Below are positions 28,146-38,925 of a stretch of DNA of 64,000 nucleotides, piece after piece. Made by a program: the position numbers and the translations under genes. Source of the DNA: a virus. Positions within the stretch are counted from its first letter, which is position 1. Every line of letters begins with the position of its first letter. The notes beneath the pieces were generated by a model that was not told the DNA's origin, made no database searches, and was given only the letters and a program-made list of their open reading frames with translations. The stretch lies in IMG/VR virus record IMGVR_UViG_3300027963_000040, one strand, 5' to 3'.

Positions 28146-28533
28146 TATTGATTTTCCGTAATGCTGAAACTATAATGATGTCAAGCGGGATTCCATCAGT
28201 GTAGACTTTCTTGTGTTCACCAACATTATTTATAACTTCAGGTAATGCATTGATCATAATCAAAAAGGGTTTGATGTGATGAAACTGTTTCTCAGCTTTT
28301 AGAAACAGAATCTTAGCAAGATGAACATTGAAACAATTGTGGAGAGTGATGACGTGATTGAGAATCAACCGCTCTTTCAACTCTCCAGTTTCTTTGTATC
28401 TTGTAATCAACTTCTTGATGTACTTTATTCTGTCAAGATCTTCCATAAACTCGTCTGTAGAAGTCATACCAGGATTATCATACACTTTCGCGCAGTAAAT
28501 CAAAAAGTTCTCATCAGTCAAATGTTCATTCAT
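28138..28533 (-). CDS. conserved hypothetical protein of T4-like phages
   Basis: YDNP....EF.EDL.RIKYIK.L..Y...GELKERLILNH. Confidence 0.8.
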   Translation of the reverse strand: MNEHLTDENFLIYCAKVYDNPGMTSTDEFMEDLDRIKYIKKLITRYKETGELKERLILNHVITLHNCFNVHLAKILFLKAEKQFHHIKPFLIMINALPEVINNVGEHKKVYTDGIPLDIIIVSALRKINNG

Positions 28534-30212
28534 TAGGTAGTTTCATAGATGCCGGAAATATCAAAATGTGATGTATTACCTGTAAACCAACCTACAGGTG
28601 TTGTGTTTTTCCAGGCGAGATCTGTTGTTGATCCGGTGTAATATAGCCCTAAAACGGAAGCATTGGACGTCACATCAACAATTCCACCAATATGGTATAT
28701 TGAAGCAGTATTTACGTTATGAAGTGAACCGCCTCTAATTGAAATTGTCGCAATAGAAGGAAATGGAAGAGTAATTTGATATTGACCGCTACCGTCAGCA
28801 AATGAGGACACGTTAGCGTAATTCACGTATATGCGGAAATAGCAAAGCTTTCCCGTTTTGATATAATTTCCGGTTTGTGTCATTCCAACAAGAACGTTAC
28901 CAGTGTTGGTTACAAAATTTGGACTGAATGATGCAGTTGATGTAGTAAACGCCGTATTTTGGGTTGTATTATCGTTAAATCTGATGCTTGTATTTACAGT
29001 CAAATTATCGGCAACGATTGATTGACTGTAATCAATACCGTTTAACGATGTGCCGGTAACAGTTGTATTAGTTTTGTCATATACAGAATGAAGAATGGAA
29101 TAAAATCCGCCCAAACTCATTCTTGCCACATTTGTTAAACTAGGTATCAACACTTGGGAATTATTTAACGTCAGCACAGAGCCGGCACTCTGAGTTATTG
29201 CATTCGCTGTATTAGCTGCGGCATAAACAATGGTGTCGGAAATTTGCAATGTTCCGGCAGCTAAATTCGTCGGACCCATAGTAACAACTGCTTTAGCCAA
29301 AACTGCGGCAGAAGCGTTATTTACAACAACAGTACCATAATTACCGCCAATCATGACCATTGTGCCGCTACCGCTGATATTCAACGAAGCCGATGATAAA
29401 TCACAACCTCTAAAATTTACATAAGCGTTTGACGTTTTTGTTGCCGCTGTTGATACAGTGCAGCCAATAATATCAACTGATCCTACTGACGAATTTGCTG
29501 TAATAACAAGGTTGGTCATTTTCAGACCATCGATAGTGCAACCGGTAGCAAGAGTTAAAGTACCGGTGAGCGTTGTATTTTTACCTATTAATTCGTGTGT
29601 AGTTAAAACGGTATATTGAGTGTTAATTGTTACATTTTCTGGATAATCACCCGCATGTAGAATAATTGTTTTTCTTTGACCGGCAGCTGTAGTTTCGAAA
29701 GCGGCAGCAGCTAATACTTGCGCTCGCGCAATTGTCTTAACAGGATCTCCAATAGTTCCGTTACCGCTGTCATCAAGCGCGACAGGACTTACGTGAATTT
29801 CTGAACTGTATCCCGTGATATAAGGACTTACGGCGTCTAAAGCGTTACTGTACGTAATTTGTTTCGTTGTTTCGTTGTACTGCAAAACTCTTTTGGTGGC
29901 ATACGCAGAAGTCGCGCCGTTTTGAGATAAAATGTAATTGTTTACAGAAAGGCTAGCATTGATTATTACATTTGCGCTGTGGGTGTGAACACCACTGATT
30001 GTATACGCGCCTGCAGTGTTAACATAAGAGGTTGATACAACCCCGCCTAGATATGTCGCGTTATTAGCCGTTAAGTTATTAGCAAAATTGGCTACGGTAA
30101 TCGTTTTTGTATTAGCTGCACTCGATGGATTCGATAAGATAACTACCCTGTCATTTGCAGACAGGGTAGTTGTTACCGCTAACTCACTTACTTTTTTAGC
30201 GTCATTTGCCAC
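28533..30212 (-). CDS. putative tail fibre / beta-helix virion protein
   Basis: KKVSEL start, N/T/A-rich; SGNGTIGDPVKTI motif; C-terminal GNYIKTGKLC..ITLPF head domain. Confidence 0.7.
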   Translation of the reverse strand: MANDAKKVSELAVTTTLSANDRVVILSNPSSAANTKTITVANFANNLTANNATYLGGVVSTSYVNTAGAYTISGVHTHSANVIINASLSVNNYILSQNGATSAYATKRVLQYNETTKQITYSNALDAVSPYITGYSSEIHVSPVALDDSGNGTIGDPVKTIARAQVLAAAAFETTAAGQRKTIILHAGDYPENVTINTQYTVLTTHELIGKNTTLTGTLTLATGCTIDGLKMTNLVITANSSVGSVDIIGCTVSTAATKTSNAYVNFRGCDLSSASLNISGSGTMVMIGGNYGTVVVNNASAAVLAKAVVTMGPTNLAAGTLQISDTIVYAAANTANAITQSAGSVLTLNNSQVLIPSLTNVARMSLGGFYSILHSVYDKTNTTVTGTSLNGIDYSQSIVADNLTVNTSIRFNDNTTQNTAFTTSTASFSPNFVTNTGNVLVGMTQTGNYIKTGKLCYFRIYVNYANVSSFADGSGQYQITLPFPSIATISIRGGSLHNVNTASIYHIGGIVDVTSNASVLGLYYTGSTTDLAWKNTTPVGWFTGNTSHFDISGIYETT

Positions 30213-30244
30213 AGTTAAACACTCCTAGATTTTAGTAGTATTTA

Positions 30245-31204
30245 TTATGACTCGTGGAATACGATATCGTCGTTACCGTCAGCTGTTGTTGCCGGAGTAC
30301 CATAAGCGGCAGTCTGCGCACCAAGTGAACCCATGGCTACAAGAGTTTCGTAGTGAACACGACCAGCGCGACCGCCAGTACCTTCTCTTCTTAGAACCCA
30401 ACCAGCATGTGCAACACCACCATTCTTTGCTCCGCGCGCGATAACAATACCAGTTGCTGTATCACCGGTCAATGTATGGGTTTCGCCAGCTACTGCAACA
30501 GTCGTTGCGATATCCACGTTTGCACCACCAAGAGTTGTTGACAGAGCAAGAGCAGTAGTGTTAGCAAACGTTACGTAGTAAAAAGTATTACCCGTCAGAT
30601 TAGGAATAGCTGTATTACCAGCTGGTACACCATAATACAGTCTGTCGCCAGCCTGGAAGCGAGAGTTGGCTGTCGCCAGAAGTATAGTGTCTGTCGTATT
30701 GCTTACGCCAGTTGTGTTAGCTGTAATATTTAGAGCAGATGGTGCTGAGATAGCAATTGTCGGATCGTTGATATATCCAGTACCGTTCGCAGTGATATTG
30801 ATTGCAGTGATCTTACCACCGTAACCGGCAGTTGTATTAGCAAATGCGTTTGCAGCTGCAGATGATCCGCCGTTTGTTACGGTGAAAGTTACAGTTGCGT
30901 TTGCGCTGTAACCAGTTCCGCCATATGTTACTCTAGCAAGACCAATTGGTCCGCTGTTGAATCCCATTTCAGTTGCGTCAACACCAAATACGCCGACAGC
31001 CTGACCTGTCAAGAATGCATTTGGTGTTGTGTTTATATACATCTGAGAGTCGACGTTCGCGCGTGATCCAGAAGTGTTAGCTAAGTGAGCATTGGCGCTA
31101 CCGCCAAGTTTTACAGCTGTGTAGGTGCCGATAGGCGCACCGTTTGATGACTCGACGTTCGCTAATGCTGTAACAGCTTTGTCGTTTCTACCCCATAGTG
31201 GCAT
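30245..31204 (-). CDS. virion structural protein (MPLWG family)
   Basis: MPLWG start, HAGWV..GGRAGRV.YETLVAM; late promoter upstream. Confidence 0.75.
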   Translation of the reverse strand: MPLWGRNDKAVTALANVESSNGAPIGTYTAVKLGGSANAHLANTSGSRANVDSQMYINTTPNAFLTGQAVGVFGVDATEMGFNSGPIGLARVTYGGTGYSANATVTFTVTNGGSSAAANAFANTTAGYGGKITAINITANGTGYINDPTIAISAPSALNITANTTGVSNTTDTILLATANSRFQAGDRLYYGVPAGNTAIPNLTGNTFYYVTFANTTALALSTTLGGANVDIATTVAVAGETHTLTGDTATGIVIARGAKNGGVAHAGWVLRREGTGGRAGRVHYETLVAMGSLGAQTAAYGTPATTADGNDDIVFHES

Positions 31205-31232
31205 TTTTTTACTCCTTGATGCAGGTTTTTTC

Positions 31233-31240
31233 TATTTATA
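31233..31240 (-). promoter_or_regulatory. T4-type late promoter TATAAATA
   Basis: Exact motif; also at 49-56, 36028-36035, 38875-38882, 46215-46222, 54294-54301, 55207-55214, 57136-57143, 61114-61121. Confidence 0.85.
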
Positions 31241-31251
31241 AGTTTTTGTTA

Positions 31252-34119
31252 TTAGAAGTGTTTGCTCATAGCTGATCTCATTGAATCGCGATTTGCATGC
31301 AGTTTGTTAGCGAAATCGTCTTTCTCTTGAGTTGTTTTCATGGAGTTATGAACAGCAACCATATGTCTGGCTAGATGTCTACTGACTTTGGTTTTTGAAT
31401 CATCTTTATGTTCAAAATGGGGCTCTCTACCTTCAATAGAATGAGAGATCTTTTCAAGCTGCTGCATTGGATGCTTGTGAGTATCGTCAACTTCAGCTTC
31501 CTTACCAGCTGGTAGAGGATTCTTTCTTGGGCGACCGCGACCTTCCTCGAGCTCAACTTCTTCCTTGTGAAGTTTGATCTGTGACTTGGGAAGTGTTACA
31601 GAATTGGATCTATTGTTGTAGTCGACAATATATTTCTTTTCAGACTTTTTGTGTAGACCATGATCTATCTCACCTACGTTACCAATAACTCCGTGATAAT
31701 CTTTGCCCGGAGCATGTACCTTTACTCTAGAGCCTATCTTGATAGCCTCCTCGAGATCAACTTCTTCCTCGGTCAGCTTGTCAACTGCCTTGTCTATTCC
31801 TCTAGCTCTATTGGAAGATTTTTTAGAAAAATATCTGCGATCATCTGAAGTATATCCTGGTTTGTTCAAGGCATCGCTATAACCCTGACGATTTTTTACC
31901 AACGAATCCTTAGCTTTTTTTACGTACGAACCAAGAGTTGACTTCTCCAGCTCATCAAGCTCTTCAACTTCTTCTTTAGCAAGACGGTCGGCTGCTTTAA
32001 CAATACCCGTTTGACGATTTTGCATTTTATTTAATATTTTATCTCTAGCGTCTGGGTGCGTTTTTGTGATTTGACCAAGATGTTCTAAATCTCTAGGAGA
32101 ACCAGAACTTGTCGCAGCTTTCTTGACATACGAAGCAAGAGTTGACCTCTTCAGCTCATCAAGTTGGTCAACTTCTTCCTTACGAAGCTTCTTCTCATCA
32201 GAGATCGTATAATCAGCTGTTGAGTTCTTTGTATTGAAACCGCTCTGGTCCTGATTAGCTCCGCGAGTTGGAGCTGAGGTTACAGTTGGCTTGGCTTCGG
32301 CTAGCTCGGCAGCAATGGCTTCAATGCGTTCAATCTCTTCAGCTGAGAACTCAACTTCTTCTTCCTTAACTACACCACGACCGACTAACACATCCTTGTG
32401 CGTGATCTTGTCCTTTGGTGAAGCGAGAGCAGCAAGCTTCTTTTCTTTTTCAGTTTTAGGTTCAGTTTCGGACTTTGTTTCTTCCTTTACTGCCTTCTTC
32501 TTGCCCTTGGCTGCGGCATCATCATCATTTTGCTTGTCATCTGTTTCCGGATCAACGTCAACAACAGTCTTACCACCTGTCATCTTCTTTGGATCCTTTT
32601 CGTCTTCGTCTTTCTTTTCAACGATTTGACGAACTGCGTCGATAAGGCTCTTAGGAAGCCCAAAGTTTGGTACTGACATAGTTGGTTTTTCCTCTATAAT
32701 TTTTTTAATTGATCCGGTTTTACTCAAAGTGGATTTTTCTGATGTAGGTTTGGCGCCATCCATACGAGCAACATTCTCGATCTTTTCGCGCTTCTCTGTA
32801 TTGGTTTCTTCACCCAGAGTGTCAACCTTCTTCCCATCAACATACAGATTGTGTCTGATCTTTCTGGTTGGGTTCAGCTTTGTGATAGTCTCATGCTTCT
32901 TTCTGGCTTCTTCTTCCGAAGCGTGATAGCTCTTTGCATCGTGCATTCCGCTCTCGCTTCCATCCTTCTTGAGAGAAACAAGCACAGCTGATTTTTTTGC
33001 GTCCGAAACAGCAGATCTTTGTTTTCTAATATCGCTGGCAGCGTTCTTCCAACCCTTGATTGCTTCTTCGAGCTTATGTTCAATCACTGCTCTGTGTTTT
33101 GGACGTTCGACCTTGATGCCTCTTTTAGCAAGTTCTTTTCTTGCTTTCAATTCGTTATCAATCTGATCAGCAAAACCTGGGTGACTGTATGTCAGTTTTT
33201 TATTATTCGGATTGGTGATACTGGCGTGAGCTCTTTGATGAATACCTCTGATGGTTTCGGTATCAACATTAGGTCCGATATTAGCTTCAACAACCGTATC
33301 TTCGTGTAAACCTTTGTATTCAATAGACTTCACACTATGAACACCGAAGTTTTTTGCAGCGTAACGAGTGGCTTTATCTCTTGCTGTTCTTGTATCATGC
33401 GCCGGAACTGTCAGCTTGATTTTAGTTCCCTTGGGCTTGGCACCAATAGGTTCAACAGTATTATCATCAACCATTTTACCAAGTCTCGTATCATCCGCAT
33501 GTAGATGAACGTGAAACACATGTTTGGATTCGGTCATAGTTTCTTCTTTCAGAGAATGTTGATGTTGTTGAACAAAATATTCTGCCGCATCTTTTGAATT
33601 GTTATGGTATCTGTTATGCCTATTAAATTGTAGACCGTTCGCGTCGCTATGAATAGTGTATTTTGTAATATCTTTTCTAGACGCAACGTAACGTTTACCG
33701 GGAATTTTAGTGTCTTTATAAGCACTGAAAGGTTCTAGCGTAGCTACTTTTTTGCCTTTATGATGGATATCGTAAGTCGGCTTACCATCCGGATGAGCGG
33801 TAGTTGATTTCTTGCCAGTCTTTACTAATTTATAATCGGGGTGTATTTCTTCCTGTAATTCTTCTTTAGACATCTTCATCGTTTCCTTTTGGCGCTGTTT
33901 AGCTTCTCTATTACGTTTTTCAACTTCATCTTGGCGGTTATCCGCTCTGTCGGCAGAAGCTTCTTTAGCTGCGCGTTCACGATCGTGAACTCTATTGGCT
34001 CCGATGTTCAAACCGCTTTTATCGTTTGAAGATGACGTGTCTCTGAAAGAAGATCCACCAGAACCAACTGTTTTACCTTGGCTTACAATGCCTTCTAGGA
34101 TAGACTTGATGTCTCTCAT
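31252..34119 (-). CDS. large putative internal head (poly)protein with repeated Glu-rich linkers
   Basis: Many [LIV]xE(E) sites and a duplicated EEV..LDEL..STL.SYVKKA repeat. Confidence 0.65.
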   Translation of the reverse strand: MRDIKSILEGIVSQGKTVGSGGSSFRDTSSSNDKSGLNIGANRVHDRERAAKEASADRADNRQDEVEKRNREAKQRQKETMKMSKEELQEEIHPDYKLVKTGKKSTTAHPDGKPTYDIHHKGKKVATLEPFSAYKDTKIPGKRYVASRKDITKYTIHSDANGLQFNRHNRYHNNSKDAAEYFVQQHQHSLKEETMTESKHVFHVHLHADDTRLGKMVDDNTVEPIGAKPKGTKIKLTVPAHDTRTARDKATRYAAKNFGVHSVKSIEYKGLHEDTVVEANIGPNVDTETIRGIHQRAHASITNPNNKKLTYSHPGFADQIDNELKARKELAKRGIKVERPKHRAVIEHKLEEAIKGWKNAASDIRKQRSAVSDAKKSAVLVSLKKDGSESGMHDAKSYHASEEEARKKHETITKLNPTRKIRHNLYVDGKKVDTLGEETNTEKREKIENVARMDGAKPTSEKSTLSKTGSIKKIIEEKPTMSVPNFGLPKSLIDAVRQIVEKKDEDEKDPKKMTGGKTVVDVDPETDDKQNDDDAAAKGKKKAVKEETKSETEPKTEKEKKLAALASPKDKITHKDVLVGRGVVKEEEVEFSAEEIERIEAIAAELAEAKPTVTSAPTRGANQDQSGFNTKNSTADYTISDEKKLRKEEVDQLDELKRSTLASYVKKAATSSGSPRDLEHLGQITKTHPDARDKILNKMQNRQTGIVKAADRLAKEEVEELDELEKSTLGSYVKKAKDSLVKNRQGYSDALNKPGYTSDDRRYFSKKSSNRARGIDKAVDKLTEEEVDLEEAIKIGSRVKVHAPGKDYHGVIGNVGEIDHGLHKKSEKKYIVDYNNRSNSVTLPKSQIKLHKEEVELEEGRGRPRKNPLPAGKEAEVDDTHKHPMQQLEKISHSIEGREPHFEHKDDSKTKVSRHLARHMVAVHNSMKTTQEKDDFANKLHANRDSMRSAMSKHF

Positions 34120-34550
34120 TTACCTGTGGCTTTCAACATCCAAGAATGTTTTGCGTGAATATCAATACGATCCTGTAGAAAGTTAGAAAGACCAGGCTTA
34201 TTTTCTTTTTCAGCCAGAACGTATGCCTTTGTCAATTCCGCGATAACCTTCTGATTATCTGATTCCAACTCAGAGAACATTGCTCTTGCATTTGGAATAT
34301 TGATTTGATCATCGACAACCGAAAGCTGGGAAAAACGACCGAGACTACCAGGAGCGTAAGCATCAAGTGCTCTAATGTGTTCAGCAATAGCATCTACAGC
34401 CTCCCAAACTTCGTTATACAGTCCATCAAGAAAAGAATGATACTGAGGAAAGTTAGGACCCTCAATATTCCAATGAAAATTGTGAGCCTTCAGATAAAAA
34501 GCGAAAGAGGACGCTAGGACCACTTTCATTTGCTGAACAAGCTGATCCAT
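34116..34550 (-). CDS. dps: Dps / ferritin-like protein
   Basis: HNFHWNIEG..F..YH, DAIAEHIR, H.KH.WML. Confidence 0.9.
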   Translation of the reverse strand: MDQLVQQMKVVLASSFAFYLKAHNFHWNIEGPNFPQYHSFLDGLYNEVWEAVDAIAEHIRALDAYAPGSLGRFSQLSVVDDQINIPNARAMFSELESDNQKVIAELTKAYVLAEKENKPGLSNFLQDRIDIHAKHSWMLKATGK

Positions 34551-34846
34551 TACTTCTTTGCCTTTTTACCGATTATCTTGGTTTTTACAGATTCGATCTC
34601 AGCAACTACAGCTTCTTCGATTTTCTTCTCGACTTCTACAACTACTTCTTCCGCTTTTTTTTCGATGGTATCTACAACTTGAGCCGCAGCAGCTGCAGTT
34701 TTTTCTTCAAAAGCTTGAAGATCTCTTTTTGCAAGATCCCAAACTGCACTATCTTTCGCGATAATAGCAGCTTCTTTCTTCAGAAACCATCTCTTTCCAA
34801 ACCAAACAAGACCACCTACGATAATAACAATTCCAAGAAATTCCAT
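34550..34846 (-). CDS. membrane-anchored hypothetical protein
   Basis: N-terminal hydrophobic helix. Confidence 0.6.
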   Translation of the reverse strand: MEFLGIVIIVGGLVWFGKRWFLKKEAAIIAKDSAVWDLAKRDLQAFEEKTAAAAAQVVDTIEKKAEEVVVEVEKKIEEAVVAEIESVKTKIIGKKAKK

Positions 34847-34847
34847 T

Positions 34848-35264
34848 TTATCCTCCATTTCCGCCACCACCGGAGCTTCCGCTTTTTCCGGGTGGATGTT
34901 TTTCTATTTTACCTGATACCATTCTAATCGCCACCATTGGCGTAGAAACTTCTTTACGTTTACCAGTTGTTCCAGCCGGAACACTCAGTTCGTTTAGTCT
35001 GAATACATGCGTCACATATGATCTGTTCTTACTAGCTCTACTCTTTTGTTCGCGATCGCGACTACCAGACTGCGAAGCCAGTTTGAAATGACCTTTCTTA
35101 ACCAAGTTGTGAGCTGCTTCCAACTCTCTGTTTTTTCTTGGGTTGTGACTTATTTCATGAGTCACTGATACCATTTTTTGTGGATGACCGTGAGCTCGAT
35201 TGAACAAATCTTTTTCTGTTTTACTTAGTGATGCTTCATTCAAATATTGTTTGAAACTCAACAT
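34848..35264 (-). CDS. putative internal head protein
   Basis: MLSFKQYLNE capsid-targeting-like N-terminus. Confidence 0.6.
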   Translation of the reverse strand: MLSFKQYLNEASLSKTEKDLFNRAHGHPQKMVSVTHEISHNPRKNRELEAAHNLVKKGHFKLASQSGSRDREQKSRASKNRSYVTHVFRLNELSVPAGTTGKRKEVSTPMVAIRMVSGKIEKHPPGKSGSSGGGGNGG

Positions 35265-36007
35265 TTCCAGGCTCTTCTTGACCAGTAGTTCGCGCTTGTT
35301 TTTTTATTCAGGTTGCCTTGACCACCTGAACGAGCGCAATACGAACGTTTGCGTGCTGGAATATTCTTCTTGATACTAAGATTTTTATCGCCGAAGTTTA
35401 CCTTTACGACGTTGCCTTTTTCGTTCTTAACGTAAACTTTTGACTTCTTTACGTCGCCAGCCATCGGCTTGTTGAGAGTAACCTGATGACCCTGATATTC
35501 GGCTTCTGTGACCGGAGGCTTCTTACCGCAAGTGCAATTACCATTACACTCATAGAGAACTTCCTCGATAACTTTTTTTACAATTCTGTGTGTTGACTGT
35601 CCTGGAGTGTCTTTCTTATAAGTGTCAACCAATTCTTTAGAACCTTCGAATCTAGAAGATGGCTTCATTTTATTTTTTGAATGAACCTCAGCATCTTCTT
35701 TCATATCTTTTGGTTTCTTGCCAGCCTTTTTCATAGAGATAGCAATAGCTGCTTGTTGCGCTGGCGAAACTGCTTCTGGAACGCAATCAGGAACCATTCT
35801 GTTTCCTTTCTTCTTCATGCCAACTTTCTTGTATCCGTCCCAGCATGCCTCGTCGACGCTATCTTCTTTCATTGCAGCCATATTGTCAACAAGATTTGGA
35901 TATGGGCGACCAGCTGCTCGCGCGCGTGCTTTCGCGCTCTTGACTTGAGAGCTTGACATACTTTTCCCTTTAGACGGGACTTCGTGATTCCAAGGTTTGT
36001 CTGACAT
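35258..36007 (-). CDS. late basic protein, probably processed at Glu
   Basis: EACWDGYK..GMKKKG...VPDCVPE; AEYQG..V.LNKP...KVNFGD...ANYWS modules. Confidence 0.7.
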   Translation of the reverse strand: MSDKPWNHEVPSKGKSMSSSQVKSAKARARAAGRPYPNLVDNMAAMKEDSVDEACWDGYKKVGMKKKGNRMVPDCVPEAVSPAQQAAIAISMKKAGKKPKDMKEDAEVHSKNKMKPSSRFEGSKELVDTYKKDTPGQSTHRIVKKVIEEVLYECNGNCTCGKKPPVTEAEYQGHQVTLNKPMAGDVKKSKVYVKNEKGNVVKVNFGDKNLSIKKNIPARKRSYCARSGGQGNLNKKTSANYWSRRAWKC

Positions 36008-36063
36008 TGATGGCTCCAGTTTTGATGTATTTATAAAAAACGATTGGCTATAGTTTTTGCGCT

Positions 36064-38046
36064 CTAACGAGATTTCAATCTCTGAAACACTCTGCTCAGT
36101 AAATCGTCGGTCTCTTCGGCTACAGTCGTTTTTTGTTTGACAGCTTTCGGTTTTCTAACTGGTTTCTTCATAGCTTTCATACGTTGTCTGCGCTCAACCT
36201 CAGCGCGAGCTTTTACTCCAATTGGGTCATTACGTTTAGCGTAACGTGATAGTGATATACCGGAAGTCTCGGGTCCAATCTGAATGTCCATACCTTTACG
36301 AACATCATTGAACATCTCGCGCGCATGCTCGGGATGGACGTGAGGAGGAATACCTTTCTTGAACTCACCGAATCTGTTTGTTATAGCGTGGGCGCGCATC
36401 TTTGATGCAGACATACCTGCAACACCCTCAGCATCCGGATCGCGTTCGCCAGCTGAAACAACGTCAATCTTTTTGAAATTGAACTCTCCGTTCGGACCGT
36501 TATATCTATCTAACAGCTTCTTATATTCATCGACACGGTCAGAACCAGCAACCATGGTCGCATGAGTCACGCCTTGTTTATAAAGCTTCTTCAGCTGTTC
36601 GATGAAAGTCGGAGCATCGTCATCTGCCGCAGTGATATTAGCTCCTGGGAAAAATCTTTTGGCGTGTTTCAGTTTCTGCTCGGGAGTCAGAGGATTCTTC
36701 TCTGGATCCTGCGAGCTAGAGATAACGATAGAATGACCTGCTTTCTTAGCAGCTGCTAGTTCCCTGACTTTATCAACCAGAGCGCCGTGACCGACGGTAG
36801 GAGGATTCATTCTACCAAAAGCGAACACATGTTCCTTATCGCCTTCTTCTGTCGGAGTGGCGTCCGGTTCGCCTTTACCTCTGTTGTTAGCGAAATTGAG
36901 TCTGCTGAACTCTGCTCTATCAACCAGCTTCGTAGGTTTACCGTCTCTGATTGAAACAAACCCTTCAGGCTTGACCTGTTTACCGCCGACCGTGTTTTCA
37001 AACTCTGTAGGGTTGCCTAGAGCTTTTACCAGAATGTCTTTTGCGGCTTGTAGATGATGATGGAGATCGAAAGCTGACTTGTATTTTTCTTCGTTTGTTT
37101 TCAGGTCGTCTATGAGTTCGTTATATGCGCCAGCTTTCTTTTCTTTGGCTGCTTCTGTCTTCAGTTTCTCTGTTTCTTTGTTTCGTTTGTCTTCAAGAAA
37201 CTTCATGTAATCTTTTACGTTTGGTGTAGTTCCGTCTCTAACGGTTTGATTGATGTATGGTTTGATGAATGTATCGTGTTTGCTTAGAGATTCTAGAATG
37301 TCAGTACCGGTATTTCTGTATGCTTCATCCGCAGCTTCTCTATGTTTAGCGTATTCAGCTTGCATAGCTTTAGTGTATTTTGACTTGCTCGTATCGTTGA
37401 CTTCTGGATTGACTAGGTTTACGTCTGGGTCTTGTTTGAACTTTGAATGATCAACATCGAATCCTGCCTTCATATCGGCAAGATTTTTTCCTTTGTATTT
37501 CGTATGAACAACAAATCCTATCTGAGAAGCTGCTATCTTTCTACCTTGTGCGCTGTCTTTATCGGCTGAATATGTAATCGTGTTGGGGGCAAACTTGTAT
37601 TTGTCGTTTTCATCTTGAACATCTGGTTTCTCGTAAAGAAAATCGCCTTGATATACACCACCTTCTTTCGGCATAACTTTTTGAAGATGCGCAAGAGCCA
37701 CTTTCAACTTAGCAACAAGACCAGGAGCATGACCGTGGTTCTGCTCGATATCTTTATCTGTGTAGTTGATTTTTGGATTTTTGTTGAATGCTGACTTCGA
37801 GGCTACAAAAAACTTACCATTCTCTGGATTGATACCGAACACAATTGAAGGCGAACCGTCATACTTTGTTGTGATCTTAGACTTAGATTTACCGCCAGTA
37901 AGAAGGCTGTGAAGATCATCTAGGTTGTCGGCAGCATGCGCAACACCCGCATCTCCTCCATGAATGATATGATCCTCAGCATGTTCAAGATGTTTTAGTT
38001 TGTCAACATCGAGAGATTCAACTAGGAATGTAGAGAATGTTAACAT
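36064..38046 (-). CDS. two-domain late protein with C-terminal HxGH-type nucleotidyltransferase
   Basis: HLEHAED, TKYDGSP, KLVDR.EFS; FGRMNPPTVGH, AGSDRV, GERDPD..G..GMSASKMR. Confidence 0.8.
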   Translation of the reverse strand: MLTFSTFLVESLDVDKLKHLEHAEDHIIHGGDAGVAHAADNLDDLHSLLTGGKSKSKITTKYDGSPSIVFGINPENGKFFVASKSAFNKNPKINYTDKDIEQNHGHAPGLVAKLKVALAHLQKVMPKEGGVYQGDFLYEKPDVQDENDKYKFAPNTITYSADKDSAQGRKIAASQIGFVVHTKYKGKNLADMKAGFDVDHSKFKQDPDVNLVNPEVNDTSKSKYTKAMQAEYAKHREAADEAYRNTGTDILESLSKHDTFIKPYINQTVRDGTTPNVKDYMKFLEDKRNKETEKLKTEAAKEKKAGAYNELIDDLKTNEEKYKSAFDLHHHLQAAKDILVKALGNPTEFENTVGGKQVKPEGFVSIRDGKPTKLVDRAEFSRLNFANNRGKGEPDATPTEEGDKEHVFAFGRMNPPTVGHGALVDKVRELAAAKKAGHSIVISSSQDPEKNPLTPEQKLKHAKRFFPGANITAADDDAPTFIEQLKKLYKQGVTHATMVAGSDRVDEYKKLLDRYNGPNGEFNFKKIDVVSAGERDPDAEGVAGMSASKMRAHAITNRFGEFKKGIPPHVHPEHAREMFNDVRKGMDIQIGPETSGISLSRYAKRNDPIGVKARAEVERRQRMKAMKKPVRKPKAVKQKTTVAEETDDLLSRVFQRLKSR

Positions 38047-38843
38047 TACATGAACGCTCTAAGGATTGGATCTGTAGATAACTTTCTAACGTCAATTTGT
38101 GATTTACTACCCGACGATAATGGGCAAAGATTGTATGGCGATTTCGATATTCCATAAAACTGTAAAGTCATAACAAACTGATAGTCTCCACCGCCTTTGT
38201 ATTGACAACGAACTCTTATTTTGCATTTTGCGGCATTTGAAAAATCTGGTATTGATGTCAAACCTTGTTTAGTGAGAGTACTACTCAATTTTAAAGGGTC
38301 AGAGCCGTTCAACAAATAAAATCCGTGAGTTCCGACATTTATGTAATGACATTTCTTTTCATTATAATAATCAGAAACTGCTTTACCGCCGACATCGATA
38401 TGAATTTCGTTGTCTTTTCCAAATTGTTTTAGATCATAGGTATAAGCTTCTCTTTTATCTTTGAAACCTGGAGCTACAATTTTTGCACCAGCTGCGTTAT
38501 TTTGCAAAGCGGGGGTTTTACCTCTCCAGTTCCTTCCTGCAGCACCAGAAGTATTCATTTCTCTGAGCAAATTGCTTTTTTTTGCTAAAGCATACATGAA
38601 TTCTTTTTCTGGATCACCTGTGTAATCGCCAAAAGACCATTTTCCATTGTAATATTTCATAACAAGACTACCAGCAGCAGTTTGTGAAATCTTCAGCTCA
38701 CAACCTGCAGTTGTATTTCCTTTTTTTATAGTCAAATCTGGTTTGTCGTGTGAAGCTCCGGCAGTTCCGCCAGTGCTTATATTGTATTTTCCTAGAGCTT
38801 CGTATGCGTTCTCTTCGTAAAGAAATCCCTCTTGCGCCGCCAT
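38046..38843 (-). CDS. hypothetical protein, possibly PD-(D/E)XK nuclease fold
   Basis: G..YE, PDL, CELK spacing; late promoter upstream. Confidence 0.55.
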   Translation of the reverse strand: MAAQEGFLYEENAYEALGKYNISTGGTAGASHDKPDLTIKKGNTTAGCELKISQTAAGSLVMKYYNGKWSFGDYTGDPEKEFMYALAKKSNLLREMNTSGAAGRNWRGKTPALQNNAAGAKIVAPGFKDKREAYTYDLKQFGKDNEIHIDVGGKAVSDYYNEKKCHYINVGTHGFYLLNGSDPLKLSSTLTKQGLTSIPDFSNAAKCKIRVRCQYKGGGDYQFVMTLQFYGISKSPYNLCPLSSGSKSQIDVRKLSTDPILRAFM

Positions 38844-38885
38844 ATCAATCCCTAACTAGTTGTGTCATTTCAACTATTTATAAAC

Positions 38886-38917
38886 AAAAAAGGGTTGGAC
38901 CTTCCGATCCAACCCCT
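38886..38917 (-). terminator. intrinsic terminator
   Basis: GGGTTGGA-TCGGAAGG-TCCAACCC followed by a T tract. Confidence 0.8.
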
Positions 38918-38925
38918 CTTTTTTC

